A DNA stretch of 63,516 bases, filler included, from Diploschistes diacapsis (taxonomy: Eukaryota), in the NCBI GenBank assembly GCA_023645945.1. It is 20 parts of 20 records of this genome, joined end to end, with 100 filler letters (N's around TTAATTAATTAA, not from the genome) between each part and the next. Parts side by side here need not be neighbours in the genome. Positions count along the whole stretch, not along the records: positions 62,307 to 63,516 come from JALAIB010003605.1; 19 more parts are not named here. One strand, 5' to 3'. A program made the translations under genes and the position numbers. Below the pieces are notes generated by a model. That model was not told where the DNA came from. It searched no databases and worked only from the letters and a program-made list of their open reading frames with translations. Within the stretch, counting starts at the first letter, position 1, and each line of letters opens with the position of its first letter. Below are positions 62,640 through 63,516 of this stretch, piece by piece.

Positions 62640-62892
62640 TATGTTGTTAAAGCTGTCAGAACCAGGACCGTCAGGGGGTAGGGGAGCATTTTTGATTGTT
62701 GGATACTGGGAATGCTGTCAGTAGTATGCTCGCAGCGAATGTGCAACTTGCACCACGCATTCGAATCGTAAATTACCGGCTTACAGAGGTGGTTCGGACA
62801 CCACAATTTCCGCCAGGCGAGGTAGGAGTTGGTGCTGGCGGCGTCTCAATGAACTCGAACTCCTCGGAAGCTTCCGAAGCCGAATTCGACAT
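62640..62892 (-). pseudogene. MTS1: 5' fragment of a sphingolipid C9-methyltransferase gene (cyclopropane-fatty-acid-synthase-like), interrupted by a transposon
   Basis: Exon 62785-62892 encodes MSNSASEASEEFEFIETPPAPTPTSPGGNCGVRTTS, followed by GT-AG intron 62706-62784 and exon 2 YPTIKNAPLPPDGPGSDSFNNI, which stops at the transposon terminus. Confidence 0.75.
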
Positions 62893-63266
62893 CCCGCAGG
62901 GACTTCTATAAGACCACCAAGTGCAGCACGATTGAAAGAATTATGTTCACCACGCCTGGTTTAGTAAAGCTATAGCCTGCGGCTTTAATATTTTGTTTGT
63001 TCCCGTTCATGTCCACAATCGACTTCTTTACAGAGAGGGGGTGAAAGGGGGTTTTTGCTATTAGACAACTAGAGGTATAATTAGGGAGACTTCAACAGAG
63101 ATGCAAAAAGGATTCCGATCCAAATAAAAAGATAGCTTTGAACGTCATAAGCTTGAAATGTCCAGAGAAAATATCATTTCTTTCGCAGTTTCTAGGATGC
63201 TAATTATTTCTTTCTTTCCTTTGAATTTCAACTCTTTCCCATCTACATAAATATATATCGGAGCTA

Positions 63267-63516
63267 CAGTACTATGCCAAAAGTAATGGACCCTCCCCCA
63301 AATTACACCAGAATGCGTCTATTTCATAGAGCTATTATACCACCCATAAGCCTTTTAAAAATCTAAAAAAATATTCAAGCTTTTTATAATAAGATGAATA
63401 TTTATTCTACTGTTTTTTTTTTGAAATTATTAACCCTATAACGGAAGTAATTACGTTGTAACTAACGAGAACGTACCGCTGCCGCGATTTTTGGCGGCAG
63501 CGGTACACTTCAAAAG
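63267..63516 (-). mobile_element. Second copy (right end) of the ~440-bp Tc1/mariner-type MITE
   Basis: TA|CAGTACTATGCCAAAAGTAATGGACCCTCCCCC terminus; near-identical to 60661-60896 reversed. Confidence 0.8.

Overview
This is eukaryotic DNA from a filamentous ascomycete (Pezizomycotina, judged by gene families, GT-AG introns with CTRAC branch points, and RIP-type repeat decay). It is not one locus. It is 20 assembly contigs joined by 19 artificial 100-nt spacers (N44-TTAATTAATTAA-N44). Two ~20 kb gene-bearing contigs are present. Contig 2629-22640 carries an ACE1/SltA C2H2 factor, a secreted lysozyme/GH19-like protein, a HECT_2/UBE3D-like protein, a questin-oxidase-like protein, ATP4, NOC4 and a GAC1-like CBM21 PP1 regulatory subunit. 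Contig 35869-55652 carries an alcohol oxidase pseudogene, a calpain, a degenerate tRNA-like element, a BTB gene plus a BTB pseudogene, HEM2, a 612-aa orphan and CIA1. The other 18 contigs (~1.2 kb each) are mostly AT-rich, RIP-degraded, nested Gypsy, Copia, LINE, pogo/Fot1, Tc1/mariner-MITE and hAT-like fragments. The best candidate for novel biology is the 612-aa single-exon orphan (51296-53134), built of four repeated 'anchor + internal signal peptide ending A-X-A' modules, which suggests a signal-peptidase-processed polyprotein. Other notable items are a transposon insertion into a sphingolipid C9-methyltransferase gene, an apparent 69-bp Copia LTR, CpG-sparing RIP, and a tRNA-Leu-like body with a broken anticodon arm. 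All identifications are by motif recognition from the sequence; no searches were run.
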